Shown one piece after another: positions 39,147 to 48,914 of a stretch of DNA of 64,000 nucleotides. The stretch comes from an uncultured Gemmatimonadales bacterium (GTDB lineage: Bacteria; Gemmatimonadota; Gemmatimonadetes; Gemmatimonadales; GWC2-71-9). A program made the translations under genes and the position numbers. Location: assembly GCA_963728915.1 (NCBI GenBank), contig CAVSLV010000001.1, forward strand, positions 736,001 through 800,000, written 5' to 3'. A model generated the notes under the pieces. It made no database searches, was not told the origin of the DNA, and saw only the letters and a program-made list of their open reading frames with translations. Position 1 is the first letter of the stretch; each line of letters begins with the position of its first letter.

Positions 39147-39442
39147 GCGTAACCCGCAAGGACGTGGAGCACGTGGCCCGGCTCGCCGAGCTGGCGGTCG
39201 ATGCCGCCGAGCTCCCCGAGCTGACCGCCCAGCTCGATCGCATCGTTGGGATGGTTGCCCAGCTCGCCGGCCTTGAATCGGGCGCCGGCGAGCGGTTCGT
39301 CCCCGGGCCACCCGAAACCCCGTTGCGTGAGGATGAAGTCCGGCCGGCCCGGCTCGCCCGGTCGCCCGCCGAGCTCGCCCCCGAGTTCATCGAGGGGTTC
39401 TTCGTGGTGCCCCGGCTTGGCGCGATGGAGGAAGAGTCCTGA
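39143..39442 (+). CDS. gatC: Asp/Glu-tRNA amidotransferase subunit C
   Basis: DVEHVARLAEL, LREDEV, FFVVPR. Confidence 0.92.
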   Translation: MSVTRKDVEHVARLAELAVDAAELPELTAQLDRIVGMVAQLAGLESGAGERFVPGPPETPLREDEVRPARLARSPAELAPEFIEGFFVVPRLGAMEEES

Positions 39443-40824
39443 ACCCGGTCGAGACCGCCCGGGCCATGGCCGGCCGGCTGGCCGAGGCCGATCGCGCCGG
39501 GCTCAACGCGACCCTCGCCTGGTCGGAAGCGGATCTTCTCACCGAAGCCAGCCGCGCCGCCGCGTTGCCCGGCGACCTTCCCCTCCGGGGTATCCCGGTC
39601 GCCGTGAAAGACAACATCGTTACCATCGAGCAGCCGACCACCTGCGGCTCCCGGATCCTCGAGGGATACCGCTCGCCCTACAACGCCACCGTCATTGACC
39701 GGCTTCGCCAGGCCGGGGCGATGATCGCCGCCAAGACCAACCTCGACGAGTTCGCGATGGGATCCTCCACCGAGCACTCGGCGTATGGACGGGTCAAGCA
39801 CCCGGTGGATCCTTCGCGGGTGCCCGGGGGATCGTCCGGAGGGTCTGCGGCACTGGTGGCGGCCGGCGTGGTGCCTGCGGCCCTGGGATCAGAGACCGGC
39901 GGGTCGGTTCGCCAGCCCGCCAGCTTCTGTGGCGTCGTCGGGATCAAGCCCACCTACGGACGGGTCAGTCGCTACGGTCTGGTGGCTTTCGGGTCCTCGC
40001 TGGACTGTGTCTCGTCCTTCGGTCGAACCGTCGGGGACGCCGGCCGGGTCCTCGCCGCGATCGCCGGTCTCGATCCCGCCGACGCCACCACGGTGAATCA
40101 CCCGCCCCTCGTTCCGGAACCGGTTCCCGATTCCCTGAAAGGGAAGAAGATCGGTGTCCCCAGGGAATACTTCCCGGCCGACCTGGATGCCGGGGTCCGG
40201 GCGGGATGCGATGCCGCCCTAACCCGCATGCGCGAGCTGGGCGCTACCATCGTGGAAGTCTCCCTGCCTCACACCGCCCTCGCCATTCCCACCTACTACA
40301 TCATCGCTCCCGCCGAGGCGGCGGCAAACCTGGCCCGGTACGACGGCGCCCGCTACGGCGTCCGTGCCAGGGTGGATGGCGATGTCCGCGCCCTCTACCG
40401 CGCGACCCGCGGCCAGGGATTCGGCCCCGAAGTGCGACGCCGGATTCTGGTGGGCACCTATGTCCTGAGCGCGGGGTATTACGACGCCTATTATGGCAAG
40501 GCGCAGCGGGCTCGCTCCCTGATCGCGGCCGATTTTGCCACCGCATTCGGATCCGGCATCGACTTCCTGTTCACCCCGACCACGCCGACCACCGCTTTCA
40601 AGGCGGGGGAAAAGACCGGGGACCCGGTCGCCATGTACCTCGCCGACATCTTCGTCTGCACCGCAAACCTTGCCGGGCTCCCGGCTCTGAGCCTCCCGAT
40701 CGGACGGAGCGAAGGGCTCCCGGTCGGTGGCCAGCTCATCGGAGCCGCCTTCACCGAGGCCGGGATGTTGGCGATCGCGGAGCTCCTGGAACGGAGCATC
40801 GACGCCGGGGCGGAGGTGCGATGA
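39439..40824 (+). CDS. gatA: Amidotransferase subunit A (start CTG 39439 or ATG 39466)
   Basis: VKDNI, NLDEFAMGSSTE, GGSSGGSAA, GSETGGSVRQPA, RYDGARYG. Confidence 0.95.
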   Translation: MNPVETARAMAGRLAEADRAGLNATLAWSEADLLTEASRAAALPGDLPLRGIPVAVKDNIVTIEQPTTCGSRILEGYRSPYNATVIDRLRQAGAMIAAKTNLDEFAMGSSTEHSAYGRVKHPVDPSRVPGGSSGGSAALVAAGVVPAALGSETGGSVRQPASFCGVVGIKPTYGRVSRYGLVAFGSSLDCVSSFGRTVGDAGRVLAAIAGLDPADATTVNHPPLVPEPVPDSLKGKKIGVPREYFPADLDAGVRAGCDAALTRMRELGATIVEVSLPHTALAIPTYYIIAPAEAAANLARYDGARYGVRARVDGDVRALYRATRGQGFGPEVRRRILVGTYVLSAGYYDAYYGKAQRARSLIAADFATAFGSGIDFLFTPTTPTTAFKAGEKTGDPVAMYLADIFVCTANLAGLPALSLPIGRSEGLPVGGQLIGAAFTEAGMLAIAELLERSIDAGAEVR

Positions 40825-42248
40825 CGGCCTGGGAGACGGTGATCGGCCTCGAGGTGCATGTCCAGCTCGGAACCCGGTCCAAGATGTTCTGTGCCTGCTC
40901 GACCACCTTCGGGGATCCTCCCAACACCAACGTCTGCCCAGTCTGTCTCGGACTCCCCGGCGCGCTCCCGGTTCCCAATCGGCAGGCGGTGCGCCTCGCC
41001 ATCCGTGCCGCCCACGCGCTTGGAGGGCGGATCGCTCCGCGCAGTGTGTTCGCCCGGAAGAACTACTTCTATCCCGACCTCCCCAAGGGATACCAGATCT
41101 CCCAGTTCGAGGCCCCGTTGTCCGAAGGCGGCGAGGTAGCCGTGGAAAGCGAAACCCGCGGCGCCATCCAGGTTTCCATCGAGCGCCTCCACCTCGAGGA
41201 GGACGCCGGAAAGTCCCTCCACGATCGGATCCCCGGGAAGACTGCGGTGGACCTGAACCGCGCCGGCGTTCCGCTGGTCGAGATCGTCAGTGGGCCCGAC
41301 CTCCGCTCCCCGGCCGAGGCTCGTGCCTACCTCATCGCTCTGAAGCAGCTTCTGGTGTACACCGAGGTGAGCGAGTGCAGCATGGAGAAGGGGAGCCTCC
41401 GGGTCGATGCCAATATCTCGATTCGCCCGGAAGGCGCCTCGGCCTTGGGCACCAAGACCGAGATCAAGAACCTGAACAGCTTCGCCAACGTGGAGCGTGC
41501 CCTCGAGGCCGAGCGGGAACGACAACGGAGCCTGCTGGAGCAGGGCGGCAAGGTGGAGCAGGTAACCCTCCTGTTCAACGCCGCCACGAGCGTAGTCCGG
41601 CCCATGCGCTCCAAGGAGCAGAGTCACGATTACCGGTATTTTCCGGACCCCGACCTGCCTCCTCTCGCGCTTCCCACGGAGTGGATCGGACAGATCCGGT
41701 CCGAGCTCCCCGAGCTGCCGGGGGCCAAGCGAGCCCGGCTCGTGAGCTCGTTCGGACTTCCTCCCTACGATGCCGGCGTGCTCGCGAGCGAACGAAGCAT
41801 TGCCGATTACTTCGAGGCCGTAGTCCAGGCCGGCGCGGCCCCGAAACCTGCGGCGAACTGGATCCTTACCGAAGCAATGTCGGGATACAATGCTTCGGGA
41901 GGCTTCGCGGTTCCGCCCGCAGATCTGGCTCGACTGATCGCGATGGTGGAGCAGGGTACGGTGAGCCACCAGGCCGCGAAGAAGGTCTTGGTCGAACTCG
42001 CCGCCTCCGGCGGGCTTCCCGACGCCGTGGCCCAGCGCCTTGGCCTGGTCCAGGTGCGCGATACCTCTGCCCTCGAGACCTGGGCGGAAGAGGTCATCGC
42101 CGCGCACCCGAAAGAGGTCGAGCGGTTCCGCGCCGGAGAATCCAAGCTCCTGGGCTTCCTGACCGGTCAGGTCATGAAGAAGAGCCAGGGCAAAGCCGAC
42201 CCGAAGGGAGTCCAGCCCATTCTCGAGCGAAAGCTGAAAACCCCATGA
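40821..42248 (+). CDS. gatB: Amidotransferase subunit B
   Basis: IGLEVHVQL, RKNYFYPDLPKGYQISQ, DYRYFPDPDL. Confidence 0.97.
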   Translation: MTAWETVIGLEVHVQLGTRSKMFCACSTTFGDPPNTNVCPVCLGLPGALPVPNRQAVRLAIRAAHALGGRIAPRSVFARKNYFYPDLPKGYQISQFEAPLSEGGEVAVESETRGAIQVSIERLHLEEDAGKSLHDRIPGKTAVDLNRAGVPLVEIVSGPDLRSPAEARAYLIALKQLLVYTEVSECSMEKGSLRVDANISIRPEGASALGTKTEIKNLNSFANVERALEAERERQRSLLEQGGKVEQVTLLFNAATSVVRPMRSKEQSHDYRYFPDPDLPPLALPTEWIGQIRSELPELPGAKRARLVSSFGLPPYDAGVLASERSIADYFEAVVQAGAAPKPAANWILTEAMSGYNASGGFAVPPADLARLIAMVEQGTVSHQAAKKVLVELAASGGLPDAVAQRLGLVQVRDTSALETWAEEVIAAHPKEVERFRAGESKLLGFLTGQVMKKSQGKADPKGVQPILERKLKTP

Positions 42249-43495
42249 CCCAGACGGTGAACAGCGCACCGGGCAGAGTCGCGACCGTGGAAGCCATCCG
42301 TGCCAGGTTCCCGGCCTTGAGCCGGGTCGAGCGTGGCGTGCCGGTCGCCTACTTCGACGGGCCCGGCGGGACCCAGGTCCCGGAACCGGTCGTCGATGCG
42401 ATGGCCGATTACCTCTACCGCCACAATGCGAACACCCATTGGGCCTATCCCTCGAGCGAAGAAACCGACGCAATGATCGAGGCGGCCCGCCAGGGGTTCG
42501 CGGATTTCTTTCACGCCCGACCCACCGAGATCGCCTTCGGGCTCAATATGACCACGCTGACCTTCCACCTCGCCCGGGCCCTCGGGAGAACCTGGGAGGC
42601 CGGTGATGAAGTGGTGCTCACCGAGCTCGAGCATCACGCCAACGTGGCGCCCTGGCAGGCCCTGGTCCGGGAGCGCGGCATCGTGCTCCGGATGCTGCCG
42701 CTCCGGCTCGAGGATGGCACGGTGGAGCTGGGCGATCTCCCCCGGGTGCTGGGACCCCGGACCCGGTTGCTCGCGATCAGCGCCGCCTCGAACAGCCTCG
42801 GGACGATCCTGGATGTGGCGGCGGCGTGCGGGATGGCGCGGCAGGCGGGGGTGCTCACCTTCGTGGATGCGGTCCACGCGGCGCCGCATCTCCTGCTCGA
42901 CGTGCGGGCGATCGGCTGTGATTTCCTCGCCTGTTCGGCCTACAAATTCTACGGACCCCACCTCGGAATTCTCTATGGCCGGGAGGAGCTCCTCACCGCT
43001 CTCGACGTCCCCAAGGTGGCCCCTGCGCCGGATACCGCGCCCGAGCGCCTGGAGACCGGGACCCAGAACCACGAGGGAATCGCCGGGGCCCTCGCCGCGG
43101 TCGATTTCCTCGCCGGGTTAGGGCAGGGACCGACCCGGCGGGCCCGGCTCGCCGCGGTCTATTCGGAGCTCCACCAGCGGAGTGCTGCGCTGTTCCGGAA
43201 TCTGTGGGAGTCCCTCGCGGGCATGAGCCGGGTCCGGCTCTATGGGCCCGGCCTCGACGCGCCCCGAACCCCGACCCTCGGCTTCACCCTGAACGGGGTA
43301 AGCCCCGAAGCAGCCGCCCGCCGCCTGGCGGAACGGGGGTTGTTTCTGAGTCACGGGGATTTCTACGCCCAGACCGTGGTGGAACGCCTGGGCCTCATGC
43401 CCGGCGGGCTGATCCGGGCGGGTTGCGCGTGTTATACCACCGAAGGGGAAATCGAGCGACTCATCACCGCGGTCAGCGCGATCGCCCCGCGCTGA
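42245..43495 (+). CDS. Cysteine desulfurase-like class V PLP enzyme (VC1184-like subfamily)
   Basis: YFDGPGGTQVP, DAVH, CSAYKFYGPH, ETGT. Confidence 0.88.
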   Translation: MTQTVNSAPGRVATVEAIRARFPALSRVERGVPVAYFDGPGGTQVPEPVVDAMADYLYRHNANTHWAYPSSEETDAMIEAARQGFADFFHARPTEIAFGLNMTTLTFHLARALGRTWEAGDEVVLTELEHHANVAPWQALVRERGIVLRMLPLRLEDGTVELGDLPRVLGPRTRLLAISAASNSLGTILDVAAACGMARQAGVLTFVDAVHAAPHLLLDVRAIGCDFLACSAYKFYGPHLGILYGREELLTALDVPKVAPAPDTAPERLETGTQNHEGIAGALAAVDFLAGLGQGPTRRARLAAVYSELHQRSAALFRNLWESLAGMSRVRLYGPGLDAPRTPTLGFTLNGVSPEAAARRLAERGLFLSHGDFYAQTVVERLGLMPGGLIRAGCACYTTEGEIERLITAVSAIAPR

Positions 43496-43500
43496 TCCGG

Positions 43501-44496
43501 CTACTCGCCCGCCAGCGTCACCAGCGGACCACTGGCCGGCGCGTGCTGAACCCCGTTCCGCTGGTCCCAGGGACGCCGAAGCACCGACTGGGTCCACGCC
43601 CCGCCAGACTCCGGCCGCACGCCGAAGCGGCTTTCGGCCAGCTCGAGCAGCCGTGACGGCGAGCCCAGCGTCCCCAGTCCGAGCTCCTTGCGACGGAGCC
43701 GCTTGGCGGCGCGAAGGGCCTGGGCTCCGCTCGGGTCCAGCATGATCGATCGCACGCTGGAGAGATCACCCTCACTCGCCGCCAGGACCTCGATCGTCGC
43801 GTCGTACGCCACCCGCAGGTGACGCTCGATGTCCTGCTCGTTGAGGAGCCAGCGACTCCGATCGACCGCCGCCTGCATCGCCCGCTGAAAACTCCTGCTG
43901 TGCGAGAGCCGGACCATCCCGTGAAAGATCCGCCGGTTGGTCTTGATGCTGAAGATCGTGGGAGAGATGATCTGCTCCAGGTGCCGGTTGGCGGCGCGCT
44001 GGTCGAGCTGAATGAGCTCCCTCGCCTTGCGAACCCAGTGCGCCGCCCCGAGCTGGGACTCCACCCGCGCTTCCCAGTAGGTGTGCCCCATGGATTTGGT
44101 CGTGGGGGTAAGCAGGAGCTGTCGGGGTACGAAATAGTTGTGGGCGGTGGTGTCCGCGGCCAGGTGGGACAGATACCCCAGGCCGAAGGCTCGCAAGGCA
44201 TCGGTGCGAGCCAGGTCGTAGGTCTCCCGACCCACGGTCCAGGAATGGGAGTGCCGCCCCGGAGGAACGTATTTCTTCGCGATCGAAGTATCGGGCGCGA
44301 TCGTGCCGTAGAGGAAATCGAACGGGAACGCCTGGAGCAGGGCCGCGACCGCCGGCGGGAGAAGCTGGAGATTGGCGAGGACCGACTCGCCCAGGTAGAT
44401 ATGGGTCCCGGGTGTCCATGCATGGGCCGCGCCCGGAACCAGCACTCCACAGAGAACCAGCAGGGCCAGGACCCCTGCCGCACGCTTCCAGATCAT
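43501..44496 (-). CDS. Zinc-dependent phospholipase C family protein
   Basis: Signal peptide then W..GTH; APD; GYLSHLAADTTAHN; H..WE. Confidence 0.82.
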   Translation of the reverse strand: MIWKRAAGVLALLVLCGVLVPGAAHAWTPGTHIYLGESVLANLQLLPPAVAALLQAFPFDFLYGTIAPDTSIAKKYVPPGRHSHSWTVGRETYDLARTDALRAFGLGYLSHLAADTTAHNYFVPRQLLLTPTTKSMGHTYWEARVESQLGAAHWVRKARELIQLDQRAANRHLEQIISPTIFSIKTNRRIFHGMVRLSHSRSFQRAMQAAVDRSRWLLNEQDIERHLRVAYDATIEVLAASEGDLSSVRSIMLDPSGAQALRAAKRLRRKELGLGTLGSPSRLLELAESRFGVRPESGGAWTQSVLRRPWDQRNGVQHAPASGPLVTLAGE

Positions 44497-44933
44497 CGCC
44501 TGCCGCGTACCATCCACCGCTTCAGGCGACCGACCACGGAAGCTCCCTGGCGCACAGCCCGGACCCGGGCCGCCACGTCGAGCGCGGTCTCTTCGACCTC
44601 GTCGTGCACGACTTCATAGAGGGCATCGAGCTCGGCCAGCCGGGTTTTGACCCGGCGCACCCCCCGCTCCAGATCGTGCCGGATGGTGCGGCTCGTGGCG
44701 AGGTAGGCCTGGGCTTCGCCACTCGCCGTCTCGGTCACCCGGCGCACCGCCTCGATCACCCGGTTGAAATCGCGTCCGATCGATTCCATCCGACGATCCA
44801 GCGCGGCGAGCCGGCGCCGGGCCGAGAACGCGCTCAGGACGCTGACCAGACCGATCGCCGCGAAGGACAGGGCAATGACGATCAGGGAAAGCGCGATCGT
44901 CGGCCCGATCCATCCGGGGAGGGATCCGTTCAT
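44493..44933 (-). CDS. Membrane-anchored coiled-coil protein (DUF948-like)
   Basis: N-terminal TM then amphipathic helices; ATGA overlap with the PLC gene. Confidence 0.7.
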   Translation of the reverse strand: MNGSLPGWIGPTIALSLIVIALSFAAIGLVSVLSAFSARRRLAALDRRMESIGRDFNRVIEAVRRVTETASGEAQAYLATSRTIRHDLERGVRRVKTRLAELDALYEVVHDEVEETALDVAARVRAVRQGASVVGRLKRWMVRGRR

Positions 44934-44993
44934 GGTCCCAAGATAACCCGTCGCGCTTGACGGGCCGACGCGAAACGGGTGAGGTTTTCCGTC

Positions 44994-46277
44994 ATGCCAA
45001 AACGATTCCAGGTGCAGGGCGGGCAGCCGGTCGGCGGGACCATCCGGCCGGCCGGCAACAAGAACGCCGCCCTCCCCATACTCGCGGCCACCTTGCTGGC
45101 CGACGGACCGGTGACGCTGGACAATGTCCCCAGAATCGGTGACGTCGAGTCCATGGTCGCGCTCCTGATGCACCTCGGCGCCACCGCCACCTGGAACGGC
45201 CCCAATCGCCTCGAGGTCGACACCAGACCTGCAACCGGGCAGACCCTCGATCCCGGGCTCTGCGCCAGGATTCGGGCTTCGATCCTGCTGGCCGCGCCGA
45301 TGGTCGCCCGGTTCGGACGGGTCCAGCTCCCTCCCCCGGGTGGGGACGTCATCGGCCGGCGCCGGATCGATACCCATGTCCTCGCGTTGGAGGCGCTCGG
45401 AGCGTCCGTGCTGGTGGGGCCCTCCTACGAGATCGAAGGCCGGAAGCTCCACGCCGCCGACATCTTCCTCGATGAGCCCAGCGTGACCGGAACCGAAAAC
45501 GCCCTGATGGCCGCCGTAGCCGCCAAAGGCACCTCGGTTCTCCGCAATGCCGCGATGGAACCCCACGTCCAGGACCTTGCCCGGTTCCTCGTCGCCATGG
45601 GGGCCGGCATCGAGGGGATCGGCAGCAACCAGTATGTGATCGAAGGAGGGAAACCCCTGCACGGCGGGCAGTTCGAGATCGGACCCGATCATATCGAGAT
45701 CGCGAGCCTGATCGGCCTCGCCGCGGTGACCAACGGCGCATTGACGATCGAGCCGGTCCGGCCCGACGATCTCCGCAATGTCCTGATGGGATTCGAGCGC
45801 CTCGGCGTGCGGCCCCGCCTGAGCGGCGATCGCCTGATCGTGGATCGCAACCAGGAGCGCAGGATCCGCCCGGACTTGGGCGGCCACATCCCCAAGCTCG
45901 AGGACGGGCCCTGGCCCGCATTCCCCGCCGATGTCATGTCCATCGCCCTGGTCACCGCGACCCAGTGCGAGGGCATTCTCCTCGTCTTCGAGAAGATGTT
46001 CGAGTCGCGATTGTTCTTCGTCGACAAACTCATCGGCATGGGCGCCCGCATCGTGCTCTGCGATCCTCACCGGGCGGTGATCGCCGGCCCATCGCAGCTG
46101 CGGGGAGGGGTGGTGGAATCGCCGGATATCCGCGCCGGAATGGCGATTCTCCTTGCCGCCTGCGCCGCCGAGGGGACCAGCGTGATCCACAACATCGGGC
46201 AGATCGAGCGGGGGTACGAGCAGATTCACAGCCGTCTCCGGGGATTGGGCGCTCTGATCGACCGGCTCGATGACTGA
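44994..46277 (+). CDS. murA: UDP-N-acetylglucosamine 1-carboxyvinyltransferase
   Basis: GNKNAALP, RASILL, SVTGTEN, PWPAFPAD, DIRAG, IERGYE. Confidence 0.96.
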   Translation: MPKRFQVQGGQPVGGTIRPAGNKNAALPILAATLLADGPVTLDNVPRIGDVESMVALLMHLGATATWNGPNRLEVDTRPATGQTLDPGLCARIRASILLAAPMVARFGRVQLPPPGGDVIGRRRIDTHVLALEALGASVLVGPSYEIEGRKLHAADIFLDEPSVTGTENALMAAVAAKGTSVLRNAAMEPHVQDLARFLVAMGAGIEGIGSNQYVIEGGKPLHGGQFEIGPDHIEIASLIGLAAVTNGALTIEPVRPDDLRNVLMGFERLGVRPRLSGDRLIVDRNQERRIRPDLGGHIPKLEDGPWPAFPADVMSIALVTATQCEGILLVFEKMFESRLFFVDKLIGMGARIVLCDPHRAVIAGPSQLRGGVVESPDIRAGMAILLAACAAEGTSVIHNIGQIERGYEQIHSRLRGLGALIDRLDD

Positions 46278-47010
46278 GGAACCGGTCGCCGGACCGGTTC
46301 CCCGTTTCGAGATCGCAGAATGGGAGCGCCTTGGCGTGGTGGCGGGTATCACCGGACGGGGACGTGCTGACACCCCCTTCGATCTTGGCCTCGGTGGCGC
46401 CACCACCCCCGTCGGTGCGGTGATGGAGAACTGGCGCTCCCTGATTGGCGCCCTGGCTCCCTTCCGCGCCATGACGATCTCGCGCCAGGTCCACGGAACC
46501 GAGGTGAGATGGCAGGTCCCCTCCGACGGCCTGGTCATTCAGGAAGGCGCGGACGGGCACGCGACGGACCGCACCGGAGTCCTTCTGGCCGTAACGGTCG
46601 CCGATTGCGTCCCTGTCTATCTGGTCGACCCCGAGGGACGGCAGGCCGCCTTGCTTCACGCGGGATGGCGGGGCACCTCGGCCGGTATCCTTCAGGAAGG
46701 AATCCGAATACTCTGTGCTCGTGGATCTTCTGTGGATAAATTGTTAATGCATTGTGGAGTAGGGATTTGCGGGCAGTGCTATGAAGTTGGGTCGGAGGTC
46801 TTTGCCGCCTGCGGAGTTGCGGCCCCTCCAAATGGTCGCGGGAAGATCGACATCCGGGATATCCTCCTCCGTCAAGCGCGCGCGCTTGGGGTTTCCCACG
46901 TCTCCAGCAGTACTTGGTGTTCGGCCCACGATGCCGGGCTGTTCTTCAGCCATAGGGGTTCGGGTGGTGCTGATGGTCGAATGGTTGGGTACCTTGGATT
47001 CAGGGCCTAG
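46270..47010 (+). CDS. pgeF: YfiH/PgeF family (laccase-domain) protein
   Basis: QVHG, VADCVPV, HAGWRG, CYEVG, FFSHR, GRM. Confidence 0.9.
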   Translation: MTEEPVAGPVPRFEIAEWERLGVVAGITGRGRADTPFDLGLGGATTPVGAVMENWRSLIGALAPFRAMTISRQVHGTEVRWQVPSDGLVIQEGADGHATDRTGVLLAVTVADCVPVYLVDPEGRQAALLHAGWRGTSAGILQEGIRILCARGSSVDKLLMHCGVGICGQCYEVGSEVFAACGVAAPPNGRGKIDIRDILLRQARALGVSHVSSSTWCSAHDAGLFFSHRGSGGADGRMVGYLGFRA

Positions 47011-47028
47011 ATTCGAATCGAGGATGCG

Positions 47029-47397
47029 ATGCGAGCAAAGAGATGGGTGGTCATAGCGGGTGGGTTGGTCATCGGGGGCTGCACCGCGAGCCTGGACCTC
47101 CCCCCGGATACCAATCCCCCGGTTGTGGCATTCTCCACTCCCGGCAATGGAGCCACCGTGAGCGGTGTGGTCGGGATCAAGGTCGAGGCCGCCGACGACT
47201 ACTCGGTCGAGCGCGTCCGGGTGTACATCGACGGAAATCTCCAGGGCACGTTCTACCTCCAGCCGTATTACGTGCAGTGGAATGTGACTTCGCTCCAGAC
47301 CGGGACGAGCCACACCCTGCGCGCCGAGGCGATCGACCCGTCAGGAAATACCGGGACCGCCGAGATCACCGTGACCGTGCAAGGGGGCCCGAGCTAG
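47029..47397 (+). CDS. Small lipoprotein with bacterial Ig-like domain
   Basis: Lipobox IGGC; DTNPPVV..P.NGATVSG, HTLRAEAIDPSGN. Confidence 0.8.
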   Translation: MRAKRWVVIAGGLVIGGCTASLDLPPDTNPPVVAFSTPGNGATVSGVVGIKVEAADDYSVERVRVYIDGNLQGTFYLQPYYVQWNVTSLQTGTSHTLRAEAIDPSGNTGTAEITVTVQGGPS

Positions 47398-47408
47398 GAA
47401 AGCGAGGT

Positions 47409-47437
47409 TTGACTCTCCCCCCGCGCCGGGGTAGCTT
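47409..47437 (+). promoter_or_regulatory. Sigma70 promoter of the nusA-infB operon
   Basis: TTGACT-N17-TAGCTT. Confidence 0.65.
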
Positions 47438-47485
47438 TTCAGGCTTGGAGCGGGGGTGGGGAAGGAGCGGTCCGCGGGACTCGTG

Positions 47486-47515
47486 ATGTGGGGTGCTCCC
47501 CCACATTTTTGTTTT
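47486..47515 (+). terminator. Leader terminator/attenuator (rimP-leader-like) upstream of nusA
   Basis: ATGTGGGG-tgctc-CCCCACAT followed by TTTTGTTTT inside the 5' UTR. Confidence 0.75.
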
Positions 47516-47576
47516 CGGCCCCTGCCATCCGCGCATCCGCGCGAGCAAGAAAACACCCCAGGAGCAGGCGACGCAC

Positions 47577-48914
47577 ATGGCTGGTTCCGCAGAAATGTTG
47601 GCCGCTTTTCGCGAGCTGACCACCACCAAACAACTGGACCGGGGAGACCTGCTCGAGCTGCTGCGTGACGGGATTCACGCCGCCTTGGCGCGGAAGTTCG
47701 GCCCCAACGTCCGGTTCGACCTCGATGTCGACGAGCTTCAGGGCAATGTGCGGGTCATGCGGCTTCGAACGGTCGTAGAGCTGGTCGAGGATCCCAGCGC
47801 TCAGGTCTCCCTGGAGGAAGCCCGGTTCGAAGATCCGGATTTCGAAGTGGGCGATGTCCTCGAAGAAGAAATCCCCTTCACGGAATTCGGGCGGTTGGCC
47901 GTACAAGCGGCCAAGCAACGCATCATCCAGCGGGTCCGGGAAGGCGAGCGGAGCAAGATCCGGGAGGAGTTCGGCGATAAGGTGGGCGAGCTGCTCTCCG
48001 GTGAAGTGCAGCAGATCGAGCGGGGGAAGCTGGTCCTGATGCTCAACAAGTTCCGCGAGGCCGAAGCCATCATCCCCTATCGGGAGCAGAACCACCGGGA
48101 GCACTTCCACCAGGGCGACACCATTCGGGCGGTCCTGAAGAAGCTGGAAGAGACCCCCAAGGGACCCCGGCTGGTGCTTTCACGGGGCGATCCCCTGTTC
48201 GTGGCGGCCCTGTTCCGGCTCGAGGTTCCCGAGATCGCCCAGAACGTCGTGGAAATCCGTGCCATCGCGCGTGAGGTGGGAAGTCGCACCAAAGTGGCCG
48301 TCATTTCCAAGGACGACGCGATCGATCCCGTCGGCGCCTGCGTCGGCCTCAAGGGCTCGAGGGTACAGGCGGTGGTGAACGAGCTGGGGGGGGAACGAAT
48401 CGATATCGTGCCCTGGTCTCCGGATCCCGAGCGGTTTGCCCGGCTCGCCCTGGCCCCGGCCCGGGTTGCCAAGGTCTTTTCGGACCCGGAGAGCAAGACC
48501 ATTCAGGCGGTGGTGGACGAGGATCAGCTTTCCCTCGCCATCGGGAGAAACGGCCAGAATGTCCGGCTGGCGTCCGAGCTGACCGGGTGGAAAATCGATC
48601 TGTATTCGAGCCGGGAATGGCTTGAGCGGGGAGGCGAGGGCCCCTTGTTCGCGCTCGCGCCGCTTCCGGAAGAGGAAGCGGTCGCGCAGGTCAAGCTCAC
48701 CGAGCTCAAGGGACTCTCGCCCGAGCTGCTCGGCATTCTCGAGTCGGCCGGCTTCAAGACCCTGAACGACATCCTCGATCTGGAGCGCGAGGATATCGAC
48801 AAGATGCCGGGAATGGTTCCGACCGCGGCCGACGAGCTGATGGCTTTCCTGTCGGACCTCACCGCGGAGGAGCCTGGCGCCAGCGGAGGGGAGGCACAAG
48901 CACCTCAAGCATGA
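47577..48914 (+). CDS. nusA: Transcription factor NusA
   Basis: FGRLAVQAAKQ, IAREVGSRTKVAV, GACVGLKGSR, LSLAIGRNGQNVRLA. Confidence 0.97.
   Translation: MAGSAEMLAAFRELTTTKQLDRGDLLELLRDGIHAALARKFGPNVRFDLDVDELQGNVRVMRLRTVVELVEDPSAQVSLEEARFEDPDFEVGDVLEEEIPFTEFGRLAVQAAKQRIIQRVREGERSKIREEFGDKVGELLSGEVQQIERGKLVLMLNKFREAEAIIPYREQNHREHFHQGDTIRAVLKKLEETPKGPRLVLSRGDPLFVAALFRLEVPEIAQNVVEIRAIAREVGSRTKVAVISKDDAIDPVGACVGLKGSRVQAVVNELGGERIDIVPWSPDPERFARLALAPARVAKVFSDPESKTIQAVVDEDQLSLAIGRNGQNVRLASELTGWKIDLYSSREWLERGGEGPLFALAPLPEEEAVAQVKLTELKGLSPELLGILESAGFKTLNDILDLEREDIDKMPGMVPTAADELMAFLSDLTAEEPGASGGEAQAPQA

Noticed and set aside
40727..42244. 922-aa ORF suggesting a large N-terminal extension on the desulfurase-like protein
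   Set aside because: The extension overlaps gatB in another frame; the real start is ATG 42245. The same applies to the extended ORFs for gatB, pcrA, ridA and 44493-46538
46729..46756. Possible dif site
   Set aside because: The left arm ends in ATAA but there is no TTATG XerD arm at the right spacing
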